Virus record (IMG/VR): IMGVR_UViG_3300020202_000069 | Location: 4,524 to 68,523 of that record | Direction: 5' to 3' (one strand) | From: a virus | Length of the DNA: 64,000 nt | Shown here: positions 25,757 to 35,281 of the stretch, piece by piece | Numbering within the stretch: the first letter of the stretch is position 1 | Layout of the letters: every line of letters starts with the position of its first letter | Position numbers and translations under genes: made by a program | Notes under the pieces: generated by a model | Seen by the model: the letters and a program-made list of their open reading frames with translations, nothing else | What the model was told of the DNA's origin: nothing | Databases searched by the model: none

Positions 25757-27301
25757 TTCGTCCAGGTGGACGAGCATAGGCGGGGGCGGAGGGGGTGCGG
25801 GAGGCGGGAGCTTGCGCACCTCGTCGTAGGCATCGCTGAGGGCATCTGCGATGTCATCGTGGCCGCCCTCGGGGAACGCCTCGAGTTCGTCGATGAGTTC
25901 CTTGTTCCAAGGGCCGCGAACGAGGCAGACGCGGCCCTGGACTCCGCCTGTGCTCTGCGGAGCAGCTTGCGAGGAGAAGCCGCCGAACCGGGTCACCTTG
26001 TCGCCCGTGACCCGCGCTGTCACGACGGTGAATCCGTCGAGCTTCTGCACGTCATCCGCTGCATCGGCCTTCCCGGCCTGGCCCGGATCCTGGGCGAGAC
26101 GGATCAGGACGTCCTTGCCATCAAGCTCGGCGGTGTTCCTGATCAGCGCCTTTACGACGCCGGGGGCCGCTTGTGTACTCGCGAGATCGGCGATGTAGTA
26201 CCGGCCCGTGCTGTGCGAGTAGCCGAGTTTAACGCCTCGCGTCCAGTCAGGATCCGGATTCTGTGGGGTGGGCTCGGTGGCGGCCTTGTCCCAGGCTCGA
26301 ACGAAGCGCGTGTCGGATGGGCACGCGTCAACGATCGTGACCCACTCCAGGCGGAAGTAGCGACCCTTTCCGGGTTTTGCTAGCCAGTCGCCGCGCTCCA
26401 ATTGCGCCCTCCGAACCGGGTCGAAGTCCCGGAGTTTCGTGCGGTAGGTGGGATCCTCAGCGAGGAGAGTGGGGTTGTCCTCGAGCCGCGCCGGGATGAA
26501 GGTGCGCGAGGTCGCGTCCGGATGGCCCGGTGGAACCACGTGCTCTTCCCCGTGCTCATCGCGCCAGATCCACAGCACTTCGCCGGGCGCCGCGGGCGGG
26601 AGGGGCTTCCCGTCAGCACCTACACGAGGGGCCCGTCCGGGGATCGTGGCCTCGGGATTGAGCCACCACCGCCACCGCTTGAACACCCATTCGTGCCCGG
26701 TGCCGCCGGGGTTCGTGGTCGCTCGGACAAGGCGCGGAAGACCGGGCGAACCGGAGCGCAACCGCGACTTGATCTCGAGGTACTGGCGCTCAGTGAACTG
26801 CGTCAATTCCTCGAAGACGATGATCTGGTACTCCTGCCCTTGGTACTTCTCCCAGTCGTTCGCGTCCTCGCAGTGGTTGAAGTAGATGATGCCACCCGCG
26901 GGGAAGCGACACTCATAGGGCGGGGAGTTGATGAAGTGGGCGTCGGGGCAGGCGGGCGTGAAAGGTCGAACGCCCGTCTTCTGGCCGTACTTGTAGACCT
27001 TCTTGGCCTTGTCGAGCAGGTCTCGAAGGTCGTCGGTTCGTCGCCGAAGTACCAGCGACCGAAGATCGCTGTGACCTACCCACGGAATGGGAAGCGCCAC
27101 GGCGGACATGCTCTTCCCACCCCCAGCCGCACCGCCGAACAACACCTCATCGGCGGTCGATGTGTAGAAATCCTTCTGCGGACCCTCGTGGGGTTGCCAG
27201 ATAGGAGGGCCAGCGGCCTGGGCTAGCCGCTCTCGGGCCTTGGCCAAGAAGTCGTCGGCAATGGACGGCCCGGACCTCGTGGCCCGCTTCGATGCCGCCA
27301 T
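25736..27301 (-). CDS. terL: Terminase large subunit
   Basis: Walker A GGAAGGGKS, Walker B IIVFEELTQF, ATTNPGG, nuclease WDKA and HDDIADAL. Confidence 0.96.
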   Translation of the reverse strand: MAASKRATRSGPSIADDFLAKARERLAQAAGPPIWQPHEGPQKDFYTSTADEVLFGGAAGGGKSMSAVALPIPWVGHSDLRSLVLRRRTDDLRDLLDKAKKVYKYGQKTGVRPFTPACPDAHFINSPPYECRFPAGGIIYFNHCEDANDWEKYQGQEYQIIVFEELTQFTERQYLEIKSRLRSGSPGLPRLVRATTNPGGTGHEWVFKRWRWWLNPEATIPGRAPRVGADGKPLPPAAPGEVLWIWRDEHGEEHVVPPGHPDATSRTFIPARLEDNPTLLAEDPTYRTKLRDFDPVRRAQLERGDWLAKPGKGRYFRLEWVTIVDACPSDTRFVRAWDKAATEPTPQNPDPDWTRGVKLGYSHSTGRYYIADLASTQAAPGVVKALIRNTAELDGKDVLIRLAQDPGQAGKADAADDVQKLDGFTVVTARVTGDKVTRFGGFSSQAAPQSTGGVQGRVCLVRGPWNKELIDELEAFPEGGHDDIADALSDAYDEVRKLPPPAPPPPPPMLVHLDESPIGFG

Positions 27302-27304
27302 GGG

Positions 27305-28183
27305 TCAGGCTGCCTGCGTTTCGATCACCACGCCGCCTCCGCCATCGTCGCCACCGTTCTGGACACGCTCGATGGCGGCCACTACAGCAGCAAGGGCATC
27401 CGGAAACGGGATGAGCGTGTCGAGGATCACGTCGCGAAGCTTCTGCCAGTCCGGGGATCCGAAGAGGTTGATCGTGGTGCTTGGCGGCTGGATCTGCCCC
27501 AGAATCTTGGCCTCGAGTTCCAGGTTTCCCCGAGCCTCGCGGAGCATCAGCCCCGCGGCCTTGTAGTCGACGACGAGGACGCCCTTGCCGTTGTCGCTGC
27601 CCGCGAGGACCTGTTCGAGCAGGTCCATGGCTCGGCCTCGAAGGGCTCGAGCATCGTCGGCCAAATCGGTGGCATCCTTCTCGGCTCTTAGGGCCAAGCG
27701 GATCTGTACGCGCTCCAAGGCATCGGCCACGGTCGCCGGTGCCACTTGCAGCTTCCGGGCGATGTCGGCGTTCGACCATCCCTTCTTCCGGAGCGCCATC
27801 GCCGAGGCTTCCAGCTCGACCTGAGCGATCTTGCGAGGTGCCGTCTTCGGGTCGTCGCCAGGGTTCGGGACGTGGAGCCCCACGATGCCTGTTCCAGAGC
27901 CCGTTCCAGCGGCGTTCCGAACCGTCTTGGAACGTTCCGGCGCTCGTGGAACGGGGCGTTCTGGACGCGAGGAAGGGGGCTCTTCCTGGCCCTCTGAGGG
28001 CACCCCACCGGCTCCCCCGAGGCAATCGTTTCGGTGCCTCGACAGGCTCGACTTAGCGAGGCCGGTCCGACGCGCAATGGCGCTCAGGCTCTCGGCACCG
28101 TCCTGTCCAACCTGGAGCAAGGCGGCGTTGAGTTCCGCAGCGTCGTGGCGACCGCCGACGGGACAGCAGGGGGCGTCGGCCAT
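27305..28183 (-). CDS. Putative terminase small subunit with two HTH motifs
   Basis: SLSAIARRTGLAKSSLSRH and WSNADIARKLQVAPATV; directly upstream of terL. Confidence 0.7.
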   Translation of the reverse strand: MADAPCCPVGGRHDAAELNAALLQVGQDGAESLSAIARRTGLAKSSLSRHRNDCLGGAGGVPSEGQEEPPSSRPERPVPRAPERSKTVRNAAGTGSGTGIVGLHVPNPGDDPKTAPRKIAQVELEASAMALRKKGWSNADIARKLQVAPATVADALERVQIRLALRAEKDATDLADDARALRGRAMDLLEQVLAGSDNGKGVLVVDYKAAGLMLREARGNLELEAKILGQIQPPSTTINLFGSPDWQKLRDVILDTLIPFPDALAAVVAAIERVQNGGDDGGGGVVIETQAA

Positions 28184-28226
28184 TGGTTAGGGTAGAGGGT
28201 GCGCCGATCGTCTCGGCGCCCGTGTG

Positions 28227-28559
28227 TTAGGCCACCGCGGAGGGTAGACGTTCTCGACGGGTCTCTTGACGTACTTCCAGGGTTCGGAGGCGCTCGTTAT
28301 TTCCTTCGGCGAGTCGGTCGAGGATCTCCACGAGATCAGCTCGCTGGAGAGCCAGGTCGTCCAACGAGAATTCCTTGACCGCGAGAACCCTCAGATGCAC
28401 ACCATGAACTCCGATACGGACCTCCGTCGAGGTACGGAAGAGCGGGTGCGACCGGATCGCCAGGAGGACATCGGCGCCATTCATGTCACTACATCGCCAC
28501 CAGCGCGGCGTGATGTCGAGGTCGACCGTGGTTTGAGGATGGTAACATGTGAGGGTCAT
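28227..28559 (-). CDS. Hypothetical protein (may start at ATG 28484)
   Basis: ORF track; upstream of terS. Confidence 0.5.
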   Translation of the reverse strand: MTLTCYHPQTTVDLDITPRWWRCSDMNGADVLLAIRSHPLFRTSTEVRIGVHGVHLRVLAVKEFSLDDLALQRADLVEILDRLAEGNNERLRTLEVRQETRRERLPSAVA

Positions 28560-28917
28560 AGAGGCTCGGATAGGGATAGGTCGCCCTGGGGTCAGAAGAG
28601 GGTGCGCCGGTCTTCCCCGGAGGGCTGTGGGGTCTTCGGCGCGTAATGGGTTCTGGTCTACCAGGCGGGTCGGAGCCCCTGGTAGGCTCGGGTAGCTTCT
28701 CGCTGGATCTGGACCTGCTTACGATCCTCGAGCCAGGCGATGGCTTCGTCGCTGGTCATCGGTGAGGGCCGCGTGCAAGCGGGTGACAACGCGGCTCGAG
28801 CCTAGTAGCGATGTACGAGTGTTTTCGAGCGTGTGCAAGCCGCATGGTGCCGCATTGGTCGATTTTCTTCGTGAGGGATTTCGCGAGGTTACAGCGCATG
28901 GGCTGCACTGGACCGCA

Positions 28918-29220
28918 TCAGGATCGGGCTCGTACTCTCTTGGCGATGGCACGCGGTGGACGTTTCCGTGGAGATTCGCCGCGAGCGCGCCGTTGACCCG
29001 GGAGCTGACCGATCGCCTTGAGAGCGTGGTAGGAGTGATAGAAAAGGCTCTGCCGATCGATCCAGGCAGCTACAGCGTCCCGCCGAAGACAGGGCCTCCC
29101 GGCGTGGTCGTAGTACACGGGCAGGGGATCGAAGGGGCGGGCAGCATAGCGCTGGGCCGTGTCTTCGGAGACCTCAAGCGCTGCGGCGATATCGATCCAT
29201 TCGCGAAGGATATCGGTCAC
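28918..29220 (-). CDS. MerR/excisionase-like HTH protein
   Basis: WIDIAAALEVSEDTAQRY...LRRDAVAAWI; GTGA coupling to upstream gene. Confidence 0.7.
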   Translation of the reverse strand: MTDILREWIDIAAALEVSEDTAQRYAARPFDPLPVYYDHAGRPCLRRDAVAAWIDRQSLFYHSYHALKAIGQLPGQRRARGESPRKRPPRAIAKRVRARS

Positions 29221-30614
29221 AGGTGGTTCTCCGAAGCGAAGGAGGGACGGAGGGGAGCGGGCGGGGAGGCTGTGACGTCACGAGAGTCCTTGGCCTTTCG
29301 AGGTTTCGGCGGGATGCGTGGGATGAGTCCCCAGGCTTCAAGGGCTTCGGCGGCAGCGGCTCGAGCTCGAGCCACCAGCGCGGGAGCCTCCCCCAGGAGC
29401 AGGCGGCGGGCTTCGGGGAAGACCCAGGCCCCACCGCGGCGGAGGTGTTGGGCGCGTCGGAGCGCCTCGGTAGGCTTCAGGCGGACCCAATCTCCAGCCT
29501 CAGAGACACCGACGTCGCAGAGTTCCAGGAGGTAGCGCTCCAGGGGAGTGAGGGGGCGGCCTCCCGTGCAGATGGCGGGGCGCTCCACGGTGCCATCGGC
29601 CTTGAGTCGAACAGGGATCCACTGGCCACCCACGCGAGCAGTTTCGGCACAGGCCGTCGCATCGAGGTGGCCCGTGGGTCGATCGCTGCGGGCGAAGGCT
29701 GGCGAGGGGGGCGTGGGGTGGACAGCGATACGCCCGAAGACGACGCCCGAAGGGAGTCGGTGCTTGTACGGGACGGAGGCGATGGCAGCCAGAGGACTGG
29801 AGCCTCCGCGCGATGTCGCCTCGGGATTGACCACACCCAGGGCTGGAGCGATGGCACCTCGATACGATCCATAGGGGGTGGCTCGTACCTGCCGAAAGCG
29901 GACGATCTCGCCGAAGTCGCTGTACGTGCTCCCCCGGCGCAGCACGGCGTTGACGAGAACCGCGACGAGATCTCCGAGTACTTCGCGGAGAAGCGTCCAG
30001 ACGCGAGCGGCGAGGAAGCGATACCATCGTGGGCCCGCTTTCGGGAGCGGAGGGGATCGGCGTATCGCCTTGGCGAAGTCGTCGAGCGCGGCTTTCATCT
30101 CGTCGCATCGCCCCTCGTTGTCCGACCGCTCCGCATCGAGGTCTTCATCGCGACGGCCCAGATGTCCAGGCGCGGCCCACATCCCCAGGAAGACTCCGTT
30201 CCTGTCTCGCTCTTCGACCAGCGGGCCTGGGGCGCCCCACTCCTCCGCAAGGAGCCCCGACCGCGCGTACCGATCCCAGGACCCGACTCCACGAAGGCCC
30301 CACGCCTCCGGCGTCTCTCGGGCCGCCGCTTCGGTGTGGCAGGCCTCCCATGCTGCTGCGGGCTCGTGGTGAGCCGTGGGGACCGGTGGACAGTTCGCGG
30401 GACAGGTCAGGGCACCAGCCTCGAAGCGCGCACGGGCCCCGCAGTCCGGGCAGCGAACGACGAAGCCCGGGGAGACCATAAGACCACAGAAGGCACAGGC
30501 GAAGACGCGCCGGCCCTCGCGGAGCGATCGTGGGATAACGACGGCGGCGCACTCGGGGCAGCGACCGGGGCAGCGACCCACGTAAACATGATCGGGCGGC
30601 GAGATAGGCTGCAC
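29217..30614 (-). CDS. Zn-finger protein (465 aa), possible late-transcription regulator
   Basis: Several CxxC pairs in the N-terminus; lambda-Q-like position before the packaging genes. Confidence 0.5.
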   Translation of the reverse strand: MQPISPPDHVYVGRCPGRCPECAAVVIPRSLREGRRVFACAFCGLMVSPGFVVRCPDCGARARFEAGALTCPANCPPVPTAHHEPAAAWEACHTEAAARETPEAWGLRGVGSWDRYARSGLLAEEWGAPGPLVEERDRNGVFLGMWAAPGHLGRRDEDLDAERSDNEGRCDEMKAALDDFAKAIRRSPPLPKAGPRWYRFLAARVWTLLREVLGDLVAVLVNAVLRRGSTYSDFGEIVRFRQVRATPYGSYRGAIAPALGVVNPEATSRGGSSPLAAIASVPYKHRLPSGVVFGRIAVHPTPPSPAFARSDRPTGHLDATACAETARVGGQWIPVRLKADGTVERPAICTGGRPLTPLERYLLELCDVGVSEAGDWVRLKPTEALRRAQHLRRGGAWVFPEARRLLLGEAPALVARARAAAAEALEAWGLIPRIPPKPRKAKDSRDVTASPPAPLRPSFASENHL

Positions 30615-30736
30615 AGCGACCTCCTCTTGCCGGATGGATCCCGGCAGGGTAGTATGGGGTCGCTGGCCCGGTGACCTGGGTGAGTGAATGCGCCCTCCAT
30701 TGTTCGCGCGATGGGGGGCGCTGGTGTTTCTTGGGT

Positions 30737-31090
30737 TTAGCGCAATGTGCCCGCCTTGATCCGCTGCGTCTTGCTTAGGCTGAGGAGCACAATCCCCAGG
30801 GAGAGCCCCTCGAGGTCCTCTCGATCGATAGCGTTTTCGATGCAGAACCGAACACTATCGTCGTCCATATTGTTGTCATCCAACACGATGTGCAGGCTTC
30901 CGCCTGCGCAATTCCCAAGGTCTTCGTAGTAGCGGCGGACAAGAGGCGCCACGTCACGGGCCGTGGGCCGATAGGGATCCAGCCGCATCCCGCGAGCCCA
31001 TGCGAACAATCGACCGAGATGCACGAGAGCAAGGCGAGCGAGGACCTCTTCCGGGGATCGCGGCACCTGACAGAGGAGTGGGTCGATCAT
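30737..31090 (-). CDS. Phage hypothetical protein (GGSLHIVLDD motif)
   Basis: ORF track; motif I recall from other phage hypothetical proteins. Confidence 0.7.
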   Translation of the reverse strand: MIDPLLCQVPRSPEEVLARLALVHLGRLFAWARGMRLDPYRPTARDVAPLVRRYYEDLGNCAGGSLHIVLDDNNMDDDSVRFCIENAIDREDLEGLSLGIVLLSLSKTQRIKAGTLR

Positions 31091-31278
31091 GATCTTCTCC
31101 CCGGAGTCTCAATCAAGGCTTTCCGCACGAAGGTCTTCTCGAGGAAGTCGCGAAGCGCAACGAGTTCCGACCTGGGAAGCTTCCTCAGCGCGGCGTGCAA
31201 TCCGGCGGGCAACGTGTGCCCGGACTGCGCCGCGATGGCCCCGAGAATGTTTTCCTTGCTGCTCGGTTTCTTTGCCAT
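31087..31278 (-). CDS. Small hypothetical protein
   Basis: ATGA coupling to downstream gene. Confidence 0.55.
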   Translation of the reverse strand: MAKKPSSKENILGAIAAQSGHTLPAGLHAALRKLPRSELVALRDFLEKTFVRKALIETPGRRS

Positions 31279-31291
31279 TGGTCTTCCGAAT

Positions 31292-31504
31292 CTAGTTCGC
31301 CTTCAACTCCTCACGGAGTGCCTCAGCCATCGGGGCACCATGAGCCTTTCCGAGGCAGGCCACCGCGACCTCCCGCAACTCCGCAGGATCGACGCCTTCC
31401 TCATCCTCCAGGGCTCTCCGGACGACCATGGTGAAGAGTCGCAGGAGTCCTCGGCCTGTATCGGACCGTGGGTCAAGAGGTCGATCGCGATCGCGTGTCT
31501 TCAT
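31292..31504 (-). CDS. Small hypothetical protein
   Basis: ATGA coupling; GGAG RBS. Confidence 0.55.
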   Translation of the reverse strand: MKTRDRDRPLDPRSDTGRGLLRLFTMVVRRALEDEEGVDPAELREVAVACLGKAHGAPMAEALREELKAN

Positions 31505-31728
31505 GAGGGAGCCTCCGTGGTATGGACGGCGCGGCTCTTCAGTCTACGGACCTCCACCGGCTCTTTCAGATCGGCCGAGAGGGTTGCAGCGGCTCGCTTG
31601 GCTTGCGATCGATCGGTGTACCGACAAGCCAGAGCAAGCCGATGGGTCCAGCCTCTTCCTGAGGCGTAGTAGGGGCGTTCGGGAGAGAGTCGTCGGACGA
31701 TGTAGAGAGGGTCGTCAGTCATAGTCAT
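31501..31728 (-). CDS. Small hypothetical protein
   Basis: ORF track; GGAG RBS of the next gene lies inside its 3' end. Confidence 0.55.
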   Translation of the reverse strand: MTMTDDPLYIVRRLSPERPYYASGRGWTHRLALACRYTDRSQAKRAAATLSADLKEPVEVRRLKSRAVHTTEAPS

Positions 31729-31743
31729 TGCAAGAATCCTTCG

Positions 31744-31752
31744 ATTCTACCA
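31744..31752 (-). promoter_or_regulatory. Candidate extended -10 promoter (TG-G-TAGAAT)
   Basis: Intergenic GTGGTAGAAT about 15 nt upstream of the 31728 start. Confidence 0.4.
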
Positions 31753-31819
31753 CCCCCACACCAAGCACGAATTCATGTCAAACCACAGGGGCGATGCTCC
31801 CTTGTTCGTAGGATCGAGG

Positions 31820-32200
31820 TCATCGCTCTTCTCTTTCCCAGTCTGCGTTGGGCATGAGATCGTACGCCAGATCGTAGATGGCTCCAAGGAGCACACCGAT
31901 CTTCGTCGCGTCGCTCTTGCCGCAGAAGTGCATCTTGGAACCGTCGTAGCACTCGTCGATGCACAGATTCGAGCAGCCGTCCCACTTCACATGGCCACTC
32001 AGAAATCGTTCAGCATTCTCCAGGTCCTCGATATATCGGTCTTTCGCCGTGGAGGAGTTCTTCTTGCGAAAGAGAACCGGGTTACTCGCGGACATTTCAT
32101 ACGCTTCCACTTCGACGTAATACCCATTCTCGTCAAGACGACCCCGGATCGTGTATCCAATCTCGTGGAGGGTTCTGGTCGTCCATGCAATGTTACTCAT
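31820..32200 (-). CDS. Phage hypothetical protein (GHVKWDGCSN motif)
   Basis: ORF track; ATGA coupling. Confidence 0.7.
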   Translation of the reverse strand: MSNIAWTTRTLHEIGYTIRGRLDENGYYVEVEAYEMSASNPVLFRKKNSSTAKDRYIEDLENAERFLSGHVKWDGCSNLCIDECYDGSKMHFCGKSDATKIGVLLGAIYDLAYDLMPNADWEREER

Positions 32201-32514
32201 CGCGCCTCCGCATCGATAGCCGCATACTCCAGGTCACTCTCTTCGGTGCGGCGCTCTCGGAACTCGACTCCGAGAGCCTGTTCCAGGGCCGGCTTCACTC
32301 GCTTCAGGAAGCATTCGGCGCAGCAGTCGAGTTCGTAGTGCTGGCGCATATCCCCTTCGGGGAAGAAGTCGCCGATATTCGCCGCGATGGTGACCTCGGA
32401 CATCTCCCACCTGCGTCGGTCCTTGCTGAGGTCCTTGTGACAGAGATCGCGGGTCGCGCGGCTGATTTTCCAGTACTCCTCGACATGCTTGGGGACCATC
32501 TGCTTGTACTTCAT
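32197..32514 (-). CDS. Hypothetical Cys-containing protein
   Basis: C..CH and CCAEC motifs; ATGA coupling. Confidence 0.65.
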   Translation of the reverse strand: MKYKQMVPKHVEEYWKISRATRDLCHKDLSKDRRRWEMSEVTIAANIGDFFPEGDMRQHYELDCCAECFLKRVKPALEQALGVEFRERRTEESDLEYAAIDAEAR

Positions 32515-33044
32515 TGGGACCTTGCTCGCTCATATCGAGCGATAGCGATGTCCACATATCCCTCACCATCAAGCCTGAAGGCCAGTGAGTGGATCGCCTG
32601 CGCGTGCCCCCTGGCTCTCTTGATGGGCTCTCTGAATCCGTACGCGGGCCGGGTCGATTCGTACACCGTTAGAGCCTCCGCTGCGGCCAGAATAATGGGC
32701 TCAGTGGGCGTACGGATCTGTCCTGCCCCCGCCGACATGGCTCGCAGTGCCGCTTCTCGCTGTTCACAGAACGGGACTCCGCGCCGTCTCTCCTCTCGCA
32801 CAAGAGAGTCGATCCTGGCCCTGGAAAGGCCTACGAGAACAGCCTGCCCATCGGGCGAGAAGATGTGGGCCAGTGCAGCGGCGAGATCGACCAGGGGGCG
32901 GAGAGGATGAGGCTCACCGTGAAGACTGACCAGCCGATCCGGATCCTCCCCTGTGGCTGTCACTGGGGGATAGTGCTTGAGGATGCCGTCGATGGCGTCC
33001 TCATGCTCATCGAGTGCCTTGCGAATCTTGTCGAGCATGCCCAT
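32511..33044 (-). CDS. Hypothetical protein
   Basis: ORF track; coupled to neighbours. Confidence 0.6.
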   Translation of the reverse strand: MGMLDKIRKALDEHEDAIDGILKHYPPVTATGEDPDRLVSLHGEPHPLRPLVDLAAALAHIFSPDGQAVLVGLSRARIDSLVREERRRGVPFCEQREAALRAMSAGAGQIRTPTEPIILAAAEALTVYESTRPAYGFREPIKRARGHAQAIHSLAFRLDGEGYVDIAIARYERARSQ

Positions 33045-33050
33045 GGCTTG

Positions 33051-33386
33051 CTACCCTTCCCCGAGTTCTCGCTGGAGTTGCTTGAGTTGCTCCAGCTTCG
33101 CCGCGCGTTGCTGCTCCCGCCAAGCTTGGATGTCTTCCTGTACCTTTGACTCGATAGCAGCGCTCAGATCGTGCTCTTCTGCCACGGCAAGAAGCTGGAT
33201 GGACTCGATTTCGCGGGTCGGCTGTCGTTCGTTGGACACTTCGAAGTCGGTAATATGTACACTCGTAAGCGCCTCCTGTGTAGCCTCCTCCAGCGTGGTG
33301 GCCTCCAGCCGTTTCCAGTTGCGACCACAACCGATCGTGTAGTCACAGCCTTCGCCCACCTGCTTGATCAATGCGTAGTAGATCAT
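33051..33386 (-). CDS. Phage hypothetical protein (EGCDYTIGCG motif)
   Basis: ATG 33386 with GGAGGAG RBS. Confidence 0.7.
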   Translation of the reverse strand: MIYYALIKQVGEGCDYTIGCGRNWKRLEATTLEEATQEALTSVHITDFEVSNERQPTREIESIQLLAVAEEHDLSAAIESKVQEDIQAWREQQRAAKLEQLKQLQRELGEG

Positions 33387-33619
33387 GCTGACTCCTCCGC
33401 GATGCATCCGAGTGCTCTCCGGGCCACGGGCTCGAGTCCCGTATCGTCCGGCCATGTGTACCCAGTCTCTCCAGGAAGCAGCGACCCGACGTGGATCTCG
33501 AGTCGATGTCCTGTGCATGGGCGGCCATCACCATCGCCGTAGTCACAACCTGAAGCAAGGTCGCTCCGATCTCGATTGACAGGGGATCCATCGCAGTAGC
33601 GATCCACGAGAACCTTCAT
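33383..33619 (-). CDS. Small Cys-rich hypothetical protein
   Basis: ATGA overlaps on both sides. Confidence 0.55.
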   Translation of the reverse strand: MKVLVDRYCDGSPVNRDRSDLASGCDYGDGDGRPCTGHRLEIHVGSLLPGETGYTWPDDTGLEPVARRALGCIAEESA

Positions 33620-34485
33620 GCTGTCTCCCTCAGCCCTAGCCGCTCTCGCGACACGCGGACCGCCAAGGGGCTTATATCGATACCGATGCCGGTTCGTCTG
33701 AGCCGCTTGGCTACGACAAGGGTGGTGCCGCTCCCGCAGTAGGGATCGAGCACCGTGTCCCCCTCGTGGGAGCACGCGGAGATGATGCGTTCGAGCAATG
33801 CCTTGGGCTTCTGCGTCGGGTAGCCGGTGCGCTCTCGAGATACTGGTGCGATGATCGGGATATCCCATACGTCGGACATGCGAGATCCCGGAGATGGTTC
33901 ATCGGTAACCACTGAGCGTACACGATCGCCGTCGTTGAACTTGTACTTCTTTCGGTCGCCAAATCTGGCCATTGTGGATGGCGTCAGCGGCTCATAGAGC
34001 TGCGTCCAGCGAGGCTCCGCCTTCGGATTCCTACGATAGAGGAATAAGGCGTCATGCATGCGCTGGAACGACCGTGCCGGCGTCGGCCAGCGCCGGTAAC
34101 GCCAAATGATCTCGTTCGCGAAACACGCCGGGCCGAATACGCTATCAAGCACTCGCCTCACCTCGTGGCCGTGGGTGGGGTCTACGTGGAGCACGAGGGA
34201 CCCGTCCTCGGTTAGAAGATCGCGCGCGGCCACGAGCCGCTCCCGGAGCGCGGTCAGGTAGGCGTCGAGTGAGGGCCAGCGATCCGAGAAGGCGAATTCG
34301 CGGGGCCCTCCGCCACGAGGCTTGAAGTAAAAGTCGTCGCCCGTCTTGTAAGGCGGATCGGCGTAGGTCAGGTGGACGCGTTGATGATCATCGAATAGCC
34401 GGCGCATCACGTCAAGGTTATCGCCGAGAAAGATACCGCCGGCCCGGGAGTGAGCGGCAACAGCGCAAGCGCGGAGATCCGTCAC
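33616..34485 (-). CDS. DNA methyltransferase, N6/N4 beta class
   Basis: Motif IV DPPY precedes motif I LDPYCGSGTT; YPTQKP; start re-assigned to GTG 34485. Confidence 0.93.
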   Translation of the reverse strand: MTDLRACAVAAHSRAGGIFLGDNLDVMRRLFDDHQRVHLTYADPPYKTGDDFYFKPRGGGPREFAFSDRWPSLDAYLTALRERLVAARDLLTEDGSLVLHVDPTHGHEVRRVLDSVFGPACFANEIIWRYRRWPTPARSFQRMHDALFLYRRNPKAEPRWTQLYEPLTPSTMARFGDRKKYKFNDGDRVRSVVTDEPSPGSRMSDVWDIPIIAPVSRERTGYPTQKPKALLERIISACSHEGDTVLDPYCGSGTTLVVAKRLRRTGIGIDISPLAVRVSRERLGLRETA

Positions 34486-35171
34486 CGGCCCTCCCGGATC
34501 TTCTGGGCGCCCCGGAGAACGTGATCCATGCCAGCCCTGAAGAGGATCTCTCCGATTCGGCAGTATTCCTCCCGGAGACCCCTGTGGAGCTTGCTCCATA
34601 GGGACAGATCCCCGGGGCCATCGACGAGGCCGGAATGGATCGTTGCGTTGTGAACCATCCGCCCGAGCGTCTCCCGGTCGGGCATCTCGAGCGGCGCCTC
34701 GATCCTCGGCTCCTCACGGCGCGGCCCTGCGGCGACAGGAGCCCCGTCGGACACGGGCTGTTCGCGGGCGATCTCCTGCGCATCGGGCCCGATCTTCTCG
34801 ACCTTGTAGCCGCTCGCTCGATAAGCGTAGGCCTCCTCCTCGGTGCAGGTTGCGACGTGGCGCCCTGCTTCGGGGGTCGTGACGAGGTAACCGCGATCCT
34901 CCGTGGACGAGAGCAGATTACGGACAGTCGCCTCCAGTTCACGGACTCTCGCGATCAGGTCGGGGATGTCCTCGTAAGCGTGAGCGAGGAACTTGGCCGT
35001 GTCGAACGAGCCCGCTCCGCGTGCATCGAACTCGGCAATCGTGCGACCGTCTGCCGTCTGTACGATCAGGTCCGGCTGTGAACTCCACACGCCCCACGGC
35101 CCCGGCGCCGAGGCCTTCTTCGCTGCCTCTGCTCGCGCCTCGATCGCTGCAAGGTCGATCGTTTTCTTCAT
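34482..35171 (-). CDS. Ead/Ea22-like phage protein
   Basis: IDLAAIEARAEAA...APGPW...DIPDLIARVRELE. Confidence 0.65.
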   Translation of the reverse strand: MKKTIDLAAIEARAEAAKKASAPGPWGVWSSQPDLIVQTADGRTIAEFDARGAGSFDTAKFLAHAYEDIPDLIARVRELEATVRNLLSSTEDRGYLVTTPEAGRHVATCTEEEAYAYRASGYKVEKIGPDAQEIAREQPVSDGAPVAAGPRREEPRIEAPLEMPDRETLGRMVHNATIHSGLVDGPGDLSLWSKLHRGLREEYCRIGEILFRAGMDHVLRGAQKIREGR

Positions 35172-35281
35172 GGCTCACCCCTGACCTGAATCGGTTGAAT
35201 ACAAAGCACGAGATGGCGTGCATTCGGGTTGGCCACTCTCTTGTTGCTCATGTCGAAGTTTCCGTTGTTACAACCGGTTGG

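Noticed and set aside
28719-28952. 77-aa minus ORF and 257-aa plus ORF (28762-29535) upstream of terS
   Set aside because: No RBS or motif, and they overlap better-supported genes; left unannotated
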